This document shows positions 35,520 through 45,539 of a DNA stretch of 64,000 nucleotides, piece after piece (within the stretch, counting starts at the first letter, position 1; the number at the start of each line of letters is the position of its first letter). The stretch is from Nitrospinales bacterium (GTDB lineage Bacteria; Nitrospinota; Nitrospinia; Nitrospinales; VA-1): contig CBDCWG010000012.1 in the NCBI GenBank assembly GCA_965223345.1, forward strand, positions 384,001 to 448,000, read 5' to 3'. Position numbers and translations under genes: made by a program. The notes beneath the pieces are model-generated. The model made no database searches, had not been told where the DNA came from, and saw only the letters and a program-made list of their open reading frames with translations.

Positions 35520-36365
35520 CTAGCGCTGCGAAGGCGCGCCGGATTGAGATCCGGTGTGCGGCACGGCGTTTTTTTTCGCCAGCAGGTGGAAGGTGTTGTG
35601 AGTATGCAGAATCGAGGTGGCGATGCGCGCGAACAGGGCGTGACGGCGGGCGCAACAGGTCTGCATCTCCTGAACGGCGACGCCTTCGGATGCGAGCGCG
35701 TCGCAAACGGCAGCGGGATCGATGCCGCCGAAGCGTCTTTGGTAATCCGAAAGGCTGTAGTCCTCTTCGAAAACGGCGATCCCCTGGCGCTGCATTTGCC
35801 ACCGGTACAAAGCCTCATCCATTTGGGCCAAAATCCGGTGCAGCCGGTAGCGCAGCGGCGAAGCGATCTCCTGCTTGAGCGGCTCGAAAAAGATCAACAG
35901 CAGGCCGCCGGGCTTGAGCACGCGGCAGGCCTGCGCCAGCACCGCCCTGTAATCGTACAGGTGGTGCAGCAGGGCGGAACAGACGATGCCGTCGTACGCA
36001 TCATCGGCACGTTGCAGAAACGCCGCCACGTCCGCTTCCACGAGGCGGGAGGGCGCCGCAGGCGGAATGCGTTTTTCCAGCGCCGCCAGCATGTCGCGCG
36101 AGAGATCGACGCCGGTCATTTCCAACCCGCGCGCCAAAAGCTCCAGATACAGGTAACCGGTGCCGCAGCCCAGATCGAGCACCCGCGGCCCGCTCAGTTG
36201 AGCGCATAGGCTGTCGAGCGCCTGTTTGCGCACCCGGTCGATGAAGCGGTTGGTCTGCTCGGGGTGCCGCGCCAGGTACAGCGCGCCCTCGCGGGCGTGC
36301 ACCTCACGGTTTGCGTCGAGGATGGCCTCCTGCAGCGCGGCGCTGTCTTTCAGGGCGGGGGTCAT
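35520..36365 (-). CDS. Class I SAM-dependent methyltransferase
   Basis: VLDLGCGTG, GVDLSRDML, YDGIVCSALLHHL, RVLKPGG. Confidence 0.88.
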   Translation of the reverse strand: MTPALKDSAALQEAILDANREVHAREGALYLARHPEQTNRFIDRVRKQALDSLCAQLSGPRVLDLGCGTGYLYLELLARGLEMTGVDLSRDMLAALEKRIPPAAPSRLVEADVAAFLQRADDAYDGIVCSALLHHLYDYRAVLAQACRVLKPGGLLLIFFEPLKQEIASPLRYRLHRILAQMDEALYRWQMQRQGIAVFEEDYSLSDYQRRFGGIDPAAVCDALASEGVAVQEMQTCCARRHALFARIATSILHTHNTFHLLAKKNAVPHTGSQSGAPSQR

Positions 36366-36372
36366 GTTCCGG

Positions 36373-37233
36373 TCACAAAGGGGCGGGCGATTTCAGGTCC
36401 TGGGGATAAAAAAACCGTTTTCCAGTCGCCACCGTCTCGCACTCGTTGCAGTTTTCGCAGACGGCGGGGAACTTTCCCGCCCGGTGCTCCGCGCGCAGGG
36501 ATTCGATGCGGCCGCGCCGCCACAGATCGGGAATGCGGTCGTTTGAGGCATTGCCCAGTTTGAGCGTGGCGTTGTAATCGACGCAGCAGGGGATGACGGT
36601 GCCGTCCCACAGCACCACGAGCTTGCCGTAGTCTTTGCCGAAGGGTTCCGGGCACACCTCTTTGCGCGGACTCTGGATGAGCTTGGGCTGGGTGCGGACG
36701 TGATCGACGATTCGCTCCCAGTGACGGATGTAGGTATTCACGTCCTGCCAGGTGTCCTCTTCGACGGTGAACACCACGCCCATGCTGAGGGCGGGCCGTT
36801 CGCGCTCTTTTCTGCGTTTGAGCTTTAAAATATTGCGCTCGATCTTCTCCAGCGGCACGCCGCGGATTCGCTCGAAGGTTTCCGCCGAGCCGTCGATGGA
36901 AAAGCGGATGATGCTCAACGGCGAGGCGAGGATTTTGTCCAGCATTTTGTCTGTGAGCAGGGTGCCGTTGGTGTTCATGACGATGTGCCGGACGCCTTTG
37001 GCGTGGGCGTAGTCGAACATGCGGAAGATGTCTTTGTTGAGAAGGGGCTCGCCCCAGTTGTGCATGCACAGATGCTCCAGCCCCGGCGTGTCGTCGATGA
37101 CTTTTTTGAACAGGTCGAAGGACATGAATCCCTCGGGCCGGGTCATGCCCTCGGTGACGAAGCAAAAGGAGCAGCGCAGGTTGCAGGTGTTGGTCGGCTC
37201 GATGATGAGCGAGGTGAGTTTCCGGATCTGCAT
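36373..37233 (-). CDS. Radical SAM protein with SPASM/twitch domain
   Basis: CNLRCSFC, NWGEPLL, NTNGTLL, CPEPF...DGTVIPCCVD, CENCNEC. Confidence 0.88.
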   Translation of the reverse strand: MQIRKLTSLIIEPTNTCNLRCSFCFVTEGMTRPEGFMSFDLFKKVIDDTPGLEHLCMHNWGEPLLNKDIFRMFDYAHAKGVRHIVMNTNGTLLTDKMLDKILASPLSIIRFSIDGSAETFERIRGVPLEKIERNILKLKRRKERERPALSMGVVFTVEEDTWQDVNTYIRHWERIVDHVRTQPKLIQSPRKEVCPEPFGKDYGKLVVLWDGTVIPCCVDYNATLKLGNASNDRIPDLWRRGRIESLRAEHRAGKFPAVCENCNECETVATGKRFFYPQDLKSPAPL

Positions 37234-38168
37234 CAGTCCACAGTCTCTAACACGATGTAGTCGGGCCGGTTCTGGATCTGCAGGTGCACCCTTCCCAGGT
37301 ATTCCCCGAGAAACCCGATCGACAGAAGCTGCACGCCGGCGAGGAACGCGAACACCGCCGACAGAACGATGAAACCTTCGATCAGAATTCCCTGCACGAT
37401 GCGCTGATACATGAGAAACAGCATCACGGCGAAGCCGGTGCCGGCGCCGAGCAGCCCCAGGTAGGTCACCGCCCGCAGCGGCAGGTTGGAGTAACCGGTG
37501 ACCAGATCCCAGGTGAGCTTGACCAGGTTGAGGATGGAATATTTCGTGTTGCCCTTAAGCCGGTCGTGGTGCTCCACCTCGATCTCCGCCGAAGGAAACC
37601 CCATCCAGCTCATGAGCACCGCCATGTAGTGCGAGCGGTCGCTGGAAGCGCCCACCTTTTCGATGACGTTTCGTCGCATGGCGCGGAACGAACTCAGGTT
37701 GAGATGGAATTTTTTTCCAAACAACAGCCGGGCGATGGCGTGCAGGGCTTTCGATCCCAGGACGCGCAGCAACCCGTCGCGCCGTTTCCGCGGAACGGTC
37801 GTGACGAGCTGCACCGATCCTGTGAGCGCGGCGAGCAGTTTGGGGATCTCCTCGGGCGGATGCTGCAAATCGGAATCGAGCTGCACGATGCGCTCTCCCC
37901 GGCAGGCGCGGAATCCGGCGAGCACCGCCGCCTGCTGGCCGAAGTTGCGCGTGAAGCGCACCAGACGCAGGGTGTCGTCGTGGCGCTTGAATTCGTTCAG
38001 AATGTCGAAGGAGCCGTCGGTGCTGCCGTCGTCGATGAACAGCATTTCATAGGGGACGCCGAGATTCGCGCACACCTTTTTCAACCGGTCGCACAACTCC
38101 GGCAGAATGGCGGCTTCGTTGTAGACGGGCACCACGACGGAGACATCGATACGACCCGCGTCAGACAT
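37233..38168 (-). CDS. GT2 polyprenyl-phosphate glycosyltransferase (ArnC/GtrB-like)
   Basis: SVVVPVYNE, IDDGSTD, RNFGQQAA, DSDLQHPPE; two C-terminal transmembrane helices; GEYLGRV..RPDY. Confidence 0.88.
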   Translation of the reverse strand: MSDAGRIDVSVVVPVYNEAAILPELCDRLKKVCANLGVPYEMLFIDDGSTDGSFDILNEFKRHDDTLRLVRFTRNFGQQAAVLAGFRACRGERIVQLDSDLQHPPEEIPKLLAALTGSVQLVTTVPRKRRDGLLRVLGSKALHAIARLLFGKKFHLNLSSFRAMRRNVIEKVGASSDRSHYMAVLMSWMGFPSAEIEVEHHDRLKGNTKYSILNLVKLTWDLVTGYSNLPLRAVTYLGLLGAGTGFAVMLFLMYQRIVQGILIEGFIVLSAVFAFLAGVQLLSIGFLGEYLGRVHLQIQNRPDYIVLETVD

Positions 38169-39357
38169 TGCAGTGCGGCTGGGTGACCAGCTCTTTTTGC
38201 GGCGTTTCGTCGAAGACGCCGGTCTTCACGCGGATCGGCTCCACCGGCGGGCCCTGCTTGCCGATGTATTCGGACTGGCAGCAGCCCAGGCAGCCGGGAA
38301 AGATCTTCTCCTTTTTCAGCAGCCTGCGAAATTCCTGCGCCCGCTCGGAATGCCAGGGGGCGGTTCCGGTCTGAAAATCGAAACTCCCCAGGCGGACATG
38401 CGGGCAGCTGAACACATCGCCGTAGGCGGACACCGCCATCTTGGTCCACGGCACGCGGCAGCGGTAGTCGGTGTAGGAACTCTCGTTGGAGTAGTAGCGC
38501 ACGATTTCCTCGGGCGTGATGAAATTGGGGGAAAACCGCAGCTTGGTTTTGTGCGAGCGGCTGCAGGCGGTGAGCCGGGCGAGTTGCTCCCCCAGCACCA
38601 CGGGCGAGATCTCCTCGACGGGCTGAGACGGGGTTCTAAGGTGCCGATCCTGATCGTAGCCCTTGCCGTGCCAGTAGGTGGCGGGGTTTTCCAGCACGAA
38701 ATTGCAGACGTTGACGCCCAGGCTGTTGGCGTAGTCGTACAACGGGACGAGGTCCATGACGTTGTTGCGCTTGATCACGCAGGTGAGGTGGACGAGCGGG
38801 TAGCCGGTCCCGCGTTCCTTTCGCTGCCGCAACAGGCACTCGAGTCCTTTGGTGGTTTTTTTGAACGAGCCCTGGACGGTGGTGATGCGGTCGTGCAGTT
38901 CTTCGTGCCCTTCCAGGGACACACCGACGTAGAATAGGCCCGAGCCCCAGATCGAGCGCACCCGCATGTCGAGCAGGCTTTCCACCACCGGCTCGCTGAG
39001 CGGCGTGCCGTTGGTGATGACGTGCACTTTGTGGCGGCGTCCGGCGTAGCGCAGGATCTCGAGAAAGTCGGCTTTCATGAAGGCCTCGCCGCCGGTGAAG
39101 GTGATCAGCGTGCGGCGCGGCACGGCGTCGATCGCCCGCTTGACCTCGGCGGTGCTCAACTCGTTTTTGTAGGTTTTGTGGGTCTCGGTGTCCTCGATGA
39201 TTTCCAGGTAATGGCACATGTCGCAACGCAGGTTGCAACGGTAGGTCACCTCGAAAAACGTCTGCACCGGCGGGAACGACGACTCGGGACGAAAATAAAA
39301 GGGCAAGAAGGAATACACCCTCGGCAGTATTTTCTGTAGAAATCTAAAATCCAGCAT
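38161..39357 (-). CDS. Radical SAM protein with SPASM/twitch domain
   Basis: CNLRCDMC, FTGGEAF, ITNGT, CRVPW..GDVFSC, CLGCC; start at the ATG at 39357. Confidence 0.85.
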   Translation of the reverse strand: MLDFRFLQKILPRVYSFLPFYFRPESSFPPVQTFFEVTYRCNLRCDMCHYLEIIEDTETHKTYKNELSTAEVKRAIDAVPRRTLITFTGGEAFMKADFLEILRYAGRRHKVHVITNGTPLSEPVVESLLDMRVRSIWGSGLFYVGVSLEGHEELHDRITTVQGSFKKTTKGLECLLRQRKERGTGYPLVHLTCVIKRNNVMDLVPLYDYANSLGVNVCNFVLENPATYWHGKGYDQDRHLRTPSQPVEEISPVVLGEQLARLTACSRSHKTKLRFSPNFITPEEIVRYYSNESSYTDYRCRVPWTKMAVSAYGDVFSCPHVRLGSFDFQTGTAPWHSERAQEFRRLLKKEKIFPGCLGCCQSEYIGKQGPPVEPIRVKTGVFDETPQKELVTQPHCNV

Positions 39358-39359
39358 GA

Positions 39360-40097
39360 TCAAAGGGTTTGAGGGACTCCAGCCGCGGGCGCTTTGAGGT
39401 CGGCCGTTTCGCTGTGGCCGTTTTCGATGACCGCAAGGCTGGCTTCTCCCACGTTGAACAGCAGGTCGATCACGGACAGATAGGGGACGAACCCCGGGTG
39501 GCGCTGCGGATACTGCGGATGGCGGTAGTTTTGATATTCCAGGCCGATTCCGCGTTGCGCGAACGCTTCGGGGGAAAGGTAGGCGCGGGCGGCGTCGCCG
39601 CTCAGATAGTGCTGCGCGCCCAGTTTCGCGCACAGTGCGAGGATCTTTTCCCCACGCGCGCTCCCCACCTGCAACTCCGAGGATTTTACCGTGCGCGTGG
39701 GGATTGTTAAAGCCTTTTTAAGGTGTTCGGTGGTCTCGACGCACAGGTCCACCAGCCAGGTCCAGCGCTTGCCATAAAGGGCATCGAAATAAGGGAAATG
39801 CGTTTCGAAATGCGGGGCGCGGGCGTACTGGCAGCGGATCGCCTCTTTGTGCTTGCGCTGCCAGGGAAGCGCCGCATCGATGCGGGTCTCCTTGAGACTC
39901 TGATGATATTGGTTTTTCTGCAATACCGGTACCGTGAGCCACATCCAGCCGGCCGGCGTGCGGATGCGGTTGCGGTTTCTCCAGTCGCGCCGGGTGTACT
40001 GCACATCGTCCAGATACACAAAGGTGTCCACCCGGTTCATCTGGTCGAAATACCCCAGCCAGGGAAGGTAGGAGGGCTGCAGGATCGCGAGGCGCAT
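39360..40097 (-). CDS. wbqC: WbqC family protein
   Basis: AILQPSYLPWLGYF, DDVQY..WRNRNRI, WLTVPV, YLSG, YPQ..FVPYLSVIDLLFN. Confidence 0.9.
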   Translation of the reverse strand: MRLAILQPSYLPWLGYFDQMNRVDTFVYLDDVQYTRRDWRNRNRIRTPAGWMWLTVPVLQKNQYHQSLKETRIDAALPWQRKHKEAIRCQYARAPHFETHFPYFDALYGKRWTWLVDLCVETTEHLKKALTIPTRTVKSSELQVGSARGEKILALCAKLGAQHYLSGDAARAYLSPEAFAQRGIGLEYQNYRHPQYPQRHPGFVPYLSVIDLLFNVGEASLAVIENGHSETADLKAPAAGVPQTL

Positions 40098-40145
40098 GGC
40101 GTCCGTTCTGCTCAGGAAGACGCGCGGTCGGCGCGGCGCCCGGGT

Positions 40146-41210
40146 TCAGAGCGCATCGCAGCGGCCGGCCACGAGGTTTTCCCGCTTCGCCAGGACCTCG
40201 GCGTTCTGTCCCCACAGCTCTTTCATCCAGAGAAACTTCTGCCACCAGCCGCGGTTGTTGACGTAAAAATCCACCGTGCGCGCCAGGCCTTCGTCGAGCG
40301 ACACGCGGCTCTCCCAGCCGAGCAGGCGTTTGGCCTTCCAGGTGGAGGAGATGTGGCGGCTCACCTGACCGGGCCGGTCGTCGATGAACTTGAGGTAGGA
40401 TTCGGGCAGGTTCAACAGGGCGAGGATTTTTTTGGCGATGGTTTCCACCGGGGTGTCGATCCCGGTGCCGAGATTGATGGACTCGCCGACCACCTTGTCG
40501 GCCTCGACGTGCAGAATGCGGCACAGGGCCTCGCAGGTGTCCTCGACGAACATCCAGTCGCGCGAGCTTTTGCCGGTGCCGTGCACGGTGAGGGGCTGTT
40601 CGAGCAGGGCGCTGATGATGAAATTGGGGATGGCTTTTTCCAGATGCTGGCAGGGGCCGTAGTTGTTGAAGGGACGCACGATGACGGCGGGGATGCCGTA
40701 GGTGTGGACGTAGGAATACACCAGCCGGTCGGCGCCGGCTTTCGCGGCGGCGTAGGGGCTCATCGGGTTCAACGGGTGCGCCTCGTCCATCGGGCTGTGC
40801 AGGGCGGTGCCGTACACCTCCGAGGAGGAGATGTGGACGAACCGCTCCACGGGATGGTTGACGATGGCATTGGCGATCACCTGCGTGCCGATCACGTCGG
40901 TTTCGAAGAACAGGGAATTGTCGTAGATCGAGCGGGTCACGTGCGACTCGGCGGCGAAATGCACGACGATGTCGCTCTGCGCCACCAGCTTGTTGACGAT
41001 GTCGGGCTGGGTGACGTTGCCGTGATAGAACGCGAAGTTGCCGTTCTGCTTGAGGGCCGCGTCGATGCTGTCGAGGTTGCCGGCATAGGTCAACGCGTCG
41101 AGCAGAAGGATGCGGTACTCCGGGTAACGCGTGTGCAGGTGGTTGATGAAGTTGCTGCCGATGAATCCGGCGCCGCCGGTGACGAGGATGGTTTTGTCTT
41201 CGGATCGCAT
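40146..41210 (-). CDS. rfbB: dTDP-glucose 4,6-dehydratase-like SDR enzyme
   Basis: VTGGAGFIGSNF, DALTYAGN, HFAAESHV, SEVYG, YAAAK, NNYGP. Confidence 0.85.
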   Translation of the reverse strand: MRSEDKTILVTGGAGFIGSNFINHLHTRYPEYRILLLDALTYAGNLDSIDAALKQNGNFAFYHGNVTQPDIVNKLVAQSDIVVHFAAESHVTRSIYDNSLFFETDVIGTQVIANAIVNHPVERFVHISSSEVYGTALHSPMDEAHPLNPMSPYAAAKAGADRLVYSYVHTYGIPAVIVRPFNNYGPCQHLEKAIPNFIISALLEQPLTVHGTGKSSRDWMFVEDTCEALCRILHVEADKVVGESINLGTGIDTPVETIAKKILALLNLPESYLKFIDDRPGQVSRHISSTWKAKRLLGWESRVSLDEGLARTVDFYVNNRGWWQKFLWMKELWGQNAEVLAKRENLVAGRCDAL

Positions 41211-41402
41211 GCGCACTCGCGGGGGAAGGGAAAATAAGGGGAAACGCGGCGGCGTTTCCTCACGCAACACCACTTATTTTCTTAGCGGGAATTTTCAAAA
41301 AGGGCTTTAGCTGTTTTTTTGCTGCGGGTGGAATGAGGAGCAAACAGAACCCCCTCCCCCACTTCCGGGGGAAGGGGAAATCCGGGAAAGAGCGTTTCCC
41401 GT

Positions 41403-42065
41403 TCAGATCATCTTCACCAGTTCCTTGATGCTTTTTTCGATGCCGTCGGCCACCTCGGAGATGTTCTGGCCCAGCATGTACGCCGGTGTCGAGACGATCT
41501 TGTTCTGCGCGTCGAGCACCACATCCTGCACGGCGCAGTCCTGATGGCGGCTGCCCATCTTCTCGATCTTCGCGCCGGTGTCCTTGTCGTTGCCGATGGT
41601 GAGGGTGGGCTGCACGTCTCCGCCTTCATAAATCTTGGCGAACATGGCGGGGGCGATGCAGGCGACACCCTGCGGTTTGTGCCTGGCGGCGAATTCCCGC
41701 ACCAGCCGGCTCACTTCCGGATGCACGGAGCAGTTCTCGCCGTTGACCGCGAAATCGGAAAGGTTTTTTGCGGCGCCGAAACCGCCGGGAAAATACAGCG
41801 CGTCGATGTCGTCGGCCTTGACGTCCGCGATGTCCTTGATGTTGCCGCGGGCGATGCGCGCCGCCTCCACGAGCACGTTTCTTTTTTCGTTCATCTCCTC
41901 GCCGGTCAGATGGTTGATGACGTGCATCTGGTCCACGTTCGGGGCCATGCAGACCGCCTCGGCGCCCGCACGGTCGATGGCGAGCAGGGTGATGACGGAT
42001 TCGTGGATCTCCGCTCCGTCGTACACACCGCAGCCGGCAAGCACCACGCCAATTTTCTTTTTCAT
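41403..42065 (-). CDS. elbB: Glyoxalase ElbB (DJ-1/ES1 family)
   Basis: LAGCGVYDGAEIHE, RNVLVEAARIARG, PGGFGAAKNLS, CIAP, STPAYML. Confidence 0.92.
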   Translation of the reverse strand: MKKKIGVVLAGCGVYDGAEIHESVITLLAIDRAGAEAVCMAPNVDQMHVINHLTGEEMNEKRNVLVEAARIARGNIKDIADVKADDIDALYFPGGFGAAKNLSDFAVNGENCSVHPEVSRLVREFAARHKPQGVACIAPAMFAKIYEGGDVQPTLTIGNDKDTGAKIEKMGSRHQDCAVQDVVLDAQNKIVSTPAYMLGQNISEVADGIEKSIKELVKMI

Positions 42066-42223
42066 GATCGACCTCCCGCTACTGACGAATCCATGGTTTT
42101 ACAATCGGTTTGGAATGCGGCCAGTGTACCACCGGCTGTGGGTGGGACTCAATAACAACGTCCCACAGGAATCCCGCATTTTGTCCACCGGGTGCGTGTT
42201 GTTTCCTGCGAAGGGGCGGCGCT

Positions 42224-44059
42224 TTAGCCTTTGAAATGGTTGGTGATGGGAAGCCTGCGGTCCTTGCCGAAGGCTTTGGGGGTGATCTTGATGCCGGGCG
42301 CGCCCTGGCGGCGCTTGTATTCGTTGACATCCACCAGCCGCACGATGCGTTTGACCTCGGCGGCGCTCAGGGGTTTGCCGCCAAGCTTTTCGACGGGCTT
42401 GTCTTCCTCGATGTAACGCAGCAGCACCCTATCGAGCAGATCGTAGGGCGGCAGGGAGTCGGTGTCCATCTGGTCGGGCCGCAGCTCGGCGGAAGGCGGC
42501 TTGGTGATGATGTTCTCCGGGATGACGTCCCGCCCCTCCTTCTGGTTGACCCAGCGGCACAGCTCGTACACCCAGGTCTTGGGCACGTCCTTGAGCACGG
42601 CGAAACCGCCGGCCATGTCGCCGTACAGGGTGCAGTAGCCGACGCTCAGCTCGCTTTTGTTGCCGGTCGTCAGCACCAGCCAGCCGAATTTGTTGGAAAG
42701 CGCCATCAGCAGGTTGCCGCGGATGCGGGCCTGCAGGTTTTCTTCGGTCACGTCCGGCTGGCATTGTGCAAACAGCGGCGCGAGGATGGCGTCGTAGGCG
42801 CGCATGGCCGCCTCGATGGGCAGCGTGTGGGTGGTGATGTTGAGATTGCGGCCGAGGTCCAGAGAATCGGTCACGCTGTGTTCAGACGAATGCGGCGACG
42901 GCATGAGCACGCCCACCACGTTGTCGGCCCCCAGCGCATCGACGGCCAGTGCGGCGGTGAGCCCCGAATCGATGCCGCCACTCAGGCCGATGACGGCTTT
43001 TTTGAAGCCGTTTTTGACCAGGTAGTCGCGCGTGCCCAGAACCAGGGCGCAGTACAGTTCCTCCCAGGCGCTTTTGCGGCGAAAGAGCCGGTCGGGCAGT
43101 TCCTTTTTCGGCGCGGCTTTTTTGAACGCGGCGACGCGGTAGGTCTTGATGCGGGGCGATGTTTTTTTCGCGGCGGTCTTTTTCTGCGGCTTGGGCCGGA
43201 CCTCAAGATCGGCGAAGATCATCTCCTCCTCGAAGGCGTTGCCCTGGGCGAGCAGCGTACCGTCGGGCGCCACCACCAGACTGTGGCCGTCGAACACCAG
43301 TTCGTCCTGACCGCCGATGAGATTGGTGTACACGATGAAGGCTTTGTAATTTTTGGCGCGCTCCTGCAGCATCTGTTCGCGCACCGCACCCTTGCCCTTG
43401 TGAAAGGGAGATGAGGAAATGTTGAGCAGCACGTCCACGTTGCCCTCCAGGCACAGCGGTCTGCCCGGCCCGTCTTCCACCCACAGATCCTCGCACACCG
43501 TGAGCCCGAGCGTCACGCCGTTTTGCGTGAAGCGGACCAGCCCGTCCCCTTCGGTGAAATAGCGTTTCTCATCGAACACGCCGTAGTTGGGGAGCTGCAT
43601 CTTGCGGTAGCTGGCGAGCCATTTGCCGTCGGAAAGCAGCGCGGCGGCGTTGTAGAGTGTCTTCCCCTCCGCCTCCACATAACCGATCACGGCGGTGATG
43701 CCTTTGGTCTGCGGAACCAGGCGCTTGAGCGCGGCGGTGTTTTCGCGGATGAATTTTTCCTTGAGCAGAAGATCTTCAGGCGGATATCCCGTCAGCGTCA
43801 GTTCGGGGAAAAGAACCACGTCCGCCTGTTGTCTTTTGGCCTGCTGCAATGCGGTGCGGATTTTGCCGGCGTTGTGCTCGAAATCGCCGACGATGGTGTT
43901 GACCTGCGCCAGCGCCACGCGCACCCCCGCCGTGGGCGCAGATGCCGCCCGCGACTTTGCATTGCGCCGTTTGACAGATCCGGATTTTCTGGGGGATTTT
44001 TTTTTCGGAGACCGCTTTGGATTCAAGGATGAAGTTCGGGGTGCAGGGTGAAACATCAC
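42224..44059 (-). CDS. nadE: Glutamine-dependent NAD+ synthetase
   Basis: Nitrilase-like domain (FPEL, KMQLPNYGVFDEKRYF, CEDLW) plus synthetase domain (GLSGGIDS, ENLQARIRG, TGNKSE, PSAELRPDQ, NEYKRRQ). Confidence 0.94.
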   Translation of the reverse strand: MMFHPAPRTSSLNPKRSPKKKSPRKSGSVKRRNAKSRAASAPTAGVRVALAQVNTIVGDFEHNAGKIRTALQQAKRQQADVVLFPELTLTGYPPEDLLLKEKFIRENTAALKRLVPQTKGITAVIGYVEAEGKTLYNAAALLSDGKWLASYRKMQLPNYGVFDEKRYFTEGDGLVRFTQNGVTLGLTVCEDLWVEDGPGRPLCLEGNVDVLLNISSSPFHKGKGAVREQMLQERAKNYKAFIVYTNLIGGQDELVFDGHSLVVAPDGTLLAQGNAFEEEMIFADLEVRPKPQKKTAAKKTSPRIKTYRVAAFKKAAPKKELPDRLFRRKSAWEELYCALVLGTRDYLVKNGFKKAVIGLSGGIDSGLTAALAVDALGADNVVGVLMPSPHSSEHSVTDSLDLGRNLNITTHTLPIEAAMRAYDAILAPLFAQCQPDVTEENLQARIRGNLLMALSNKFGWLVLTTGNKSELSVGYCTLYGDMAGGFAVLKDVPKTWVYELCRWVNQKEGRDVIPENIITKPPSAELRPDQMDTDSLPPYDLLDRVLLRYIEEDKPVEKLGGKPLSAAEVKRIVRLVDVNEYKRRQGAPGIKITPKAFGKDRRLPITNHFKG

Positions 44060-44206
44060 GCCGGGTTTTTGCCATCCCGCGCGCTCTTTTTTTGGACCGC
44101 CGCGGCGATTATACTACAATTACATCCAGTTCCTCACCCCGCGCGTAAGAATCCTTATCACAAAGGCTCGCCCGGGGACCCATTTTTCTTTCAACAGCGG
44201 TGACGC

Positions 44207-44623
44207 ATGAACCCCGGCCCGGTCGAACAGAGCATCAAACATTCCATCGAGAAAAACGGTTTTCCGGAAAAGACCGTGCGCCTTCCGTTCAAGCCGGTGT
44301 ACGACAGCTGCAAGCAGCATCAGACGTCTTTGAGCGCGGTGCTGAAAAACCTGGAGGCGGAACAGATTTACGGCAAAATCCAGGGCAACCACCTCGCCTT
44401 CTATTCTGCCGAGCGCCTGCAGGCGGAGGTGAAACGCCAGGCGGAGTCCTCCGCATCCGAGAGGCAAGAAGGCGGCCTGTTCGATGCGGCGCAGGAGTCG
44501 CTGAAGCACCTGACTCCGGAACAGCTGGCCCTGCTGAAAAACCAGGTGGAAAACATGAGTGAGGAAGAAAAGCAAAACCTGATGAAGCTGGTCGCTGATC
44601 AATTCAAACCCAGGTCACCCTGA
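44207..44623 (+). CDS. Hypothetical protein
   Basis: 138-aa ORF with host-like codon usage, divergent from nadE; helical C-terminus (LTPEQLALLKNQVENMSEEEKQNLMK). Confidence 0.7.
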   Translation: MNPGPVEQSIKHSIEKNGFPEKTVRLPFKPVYDSCKQHQTSLSAVLKNLEAEQIYGKIQGNHLAFYSAERLQAEVKRQAESSASERQEGGLFDAAQESLKHLTPEQLALLKNQVENMSEEEKQNLMKLVADQFKPRSP

Positions 44624-44632
44624 CAGACAGCC

Positions 44633-45514
44633 ATGCTGATTTTCGCCAAAGACATCACGCAACGGGATCACAAACACGCGCACGAAGACCGCGACCCGCA
44701 ACTGAAAGCCTACATGGATTATCAGCGGCGGCTCTTTCCCTACACGTTCGTGCGCGCGGGGCTGGATCTCGCCTACAAGGAACTCGACGAGATCCTCAAC
44801 TACATCGACAACGACCACCAGCCGCCGGCGGACTCGACACGGCAGGAATTCCCGGCGGACATCCCCGCCTGGTACCGCGAGCGGTTTCCCTGGAGCGCGG
44901 CGTTTCTCGACAGGGAGCACATGCACGCGGCGCTGGTGCACCTGATCCAGGCGATGGATTCGTTCCGCACCGAAGAGACGCCCAACACCTATCATCTGGC
45001 GGTGCTGTACGATTCGGTGCACAACATCGTGAACCTCTACAACTCGCTGCTCCAGCAGTCCGAGGCCGACGCCCGCAACATCCACCTCAGCCAGGGCGTG
45101 GCGGTGAGCTTCGACGATTTCATCAACAACTACTGGCCGCACCTGCACTTCATGATCCTGTCGAAACCGGACTATCCGCACGCGCCGCTGCTGAAGAAAA
45201 ACCAGCCGATCGAAAAGCGCATTCAGACGTTGATCGGCGACGGCGTGGAGCCGCTGGCGGCTCTGGACACGGCGGGGCGGGAATTCGGGCTGGCGGCGAG
45301 CACCCAGGCGCTGCTCAAGCGCGATCCGCTGAGACCCGAACACCTGGCGCTGCCCTCGGAACCGCAGGACGAGCGCCGGTTCGATGCGATCTATAAGGAA
45401 ACAGTGGAAAGCGAACAATTCGGCCCGGTTTCGCGCATCGACCTGGACTACGAACTGAACGCCGGGCACGCGCACAACGCGGGATTTTCTCTCGAAGCTC
45501 CGCAAAAAACCTGA
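44633..45514 (+). CDS. Hypothetical protein
   Basis: 293-aa globular-looking ORF with strong GC3 bias, 9 nt after the previous gene. Confidence 0.75.
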   Translation: MLIFAKDITQRDHKHAHEDRDPQLKAYMDYQRRLFPYTFVRAGLDLAYKELDEILNYIDNDHQPPADSTRQEFPADIPAWYRERFPWSAAFLDREHMHAALVHLIQAMDSFRTEETPNTYHLAVLYDSVHNIVNLYNSLLQQSEADARNIHLSQGVAVSFDDFINNYWPHLHFMILSKPDYPHAPLLKKNQPIEKRIQTLIGDGVEPLAALDTAGREFGLAASTQALLKRDPLRPEHLALPSEPQDERRFDAIYKETVESEQFGPVSRIDLDYELNAGHAHNAGFSLEAPQKT

Positions 45515-45539
45515 CCGGCGCTGCCCAAGAAGAAGCGGA

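Noticed and set aside
2798..44059. An NAD-centred functional cluster (nadA, hinT, SIR2, Nudix, nadE)
   Set aside because: The genes are spread over 40 kb in separate transcription units; co-location is plausibly chance.
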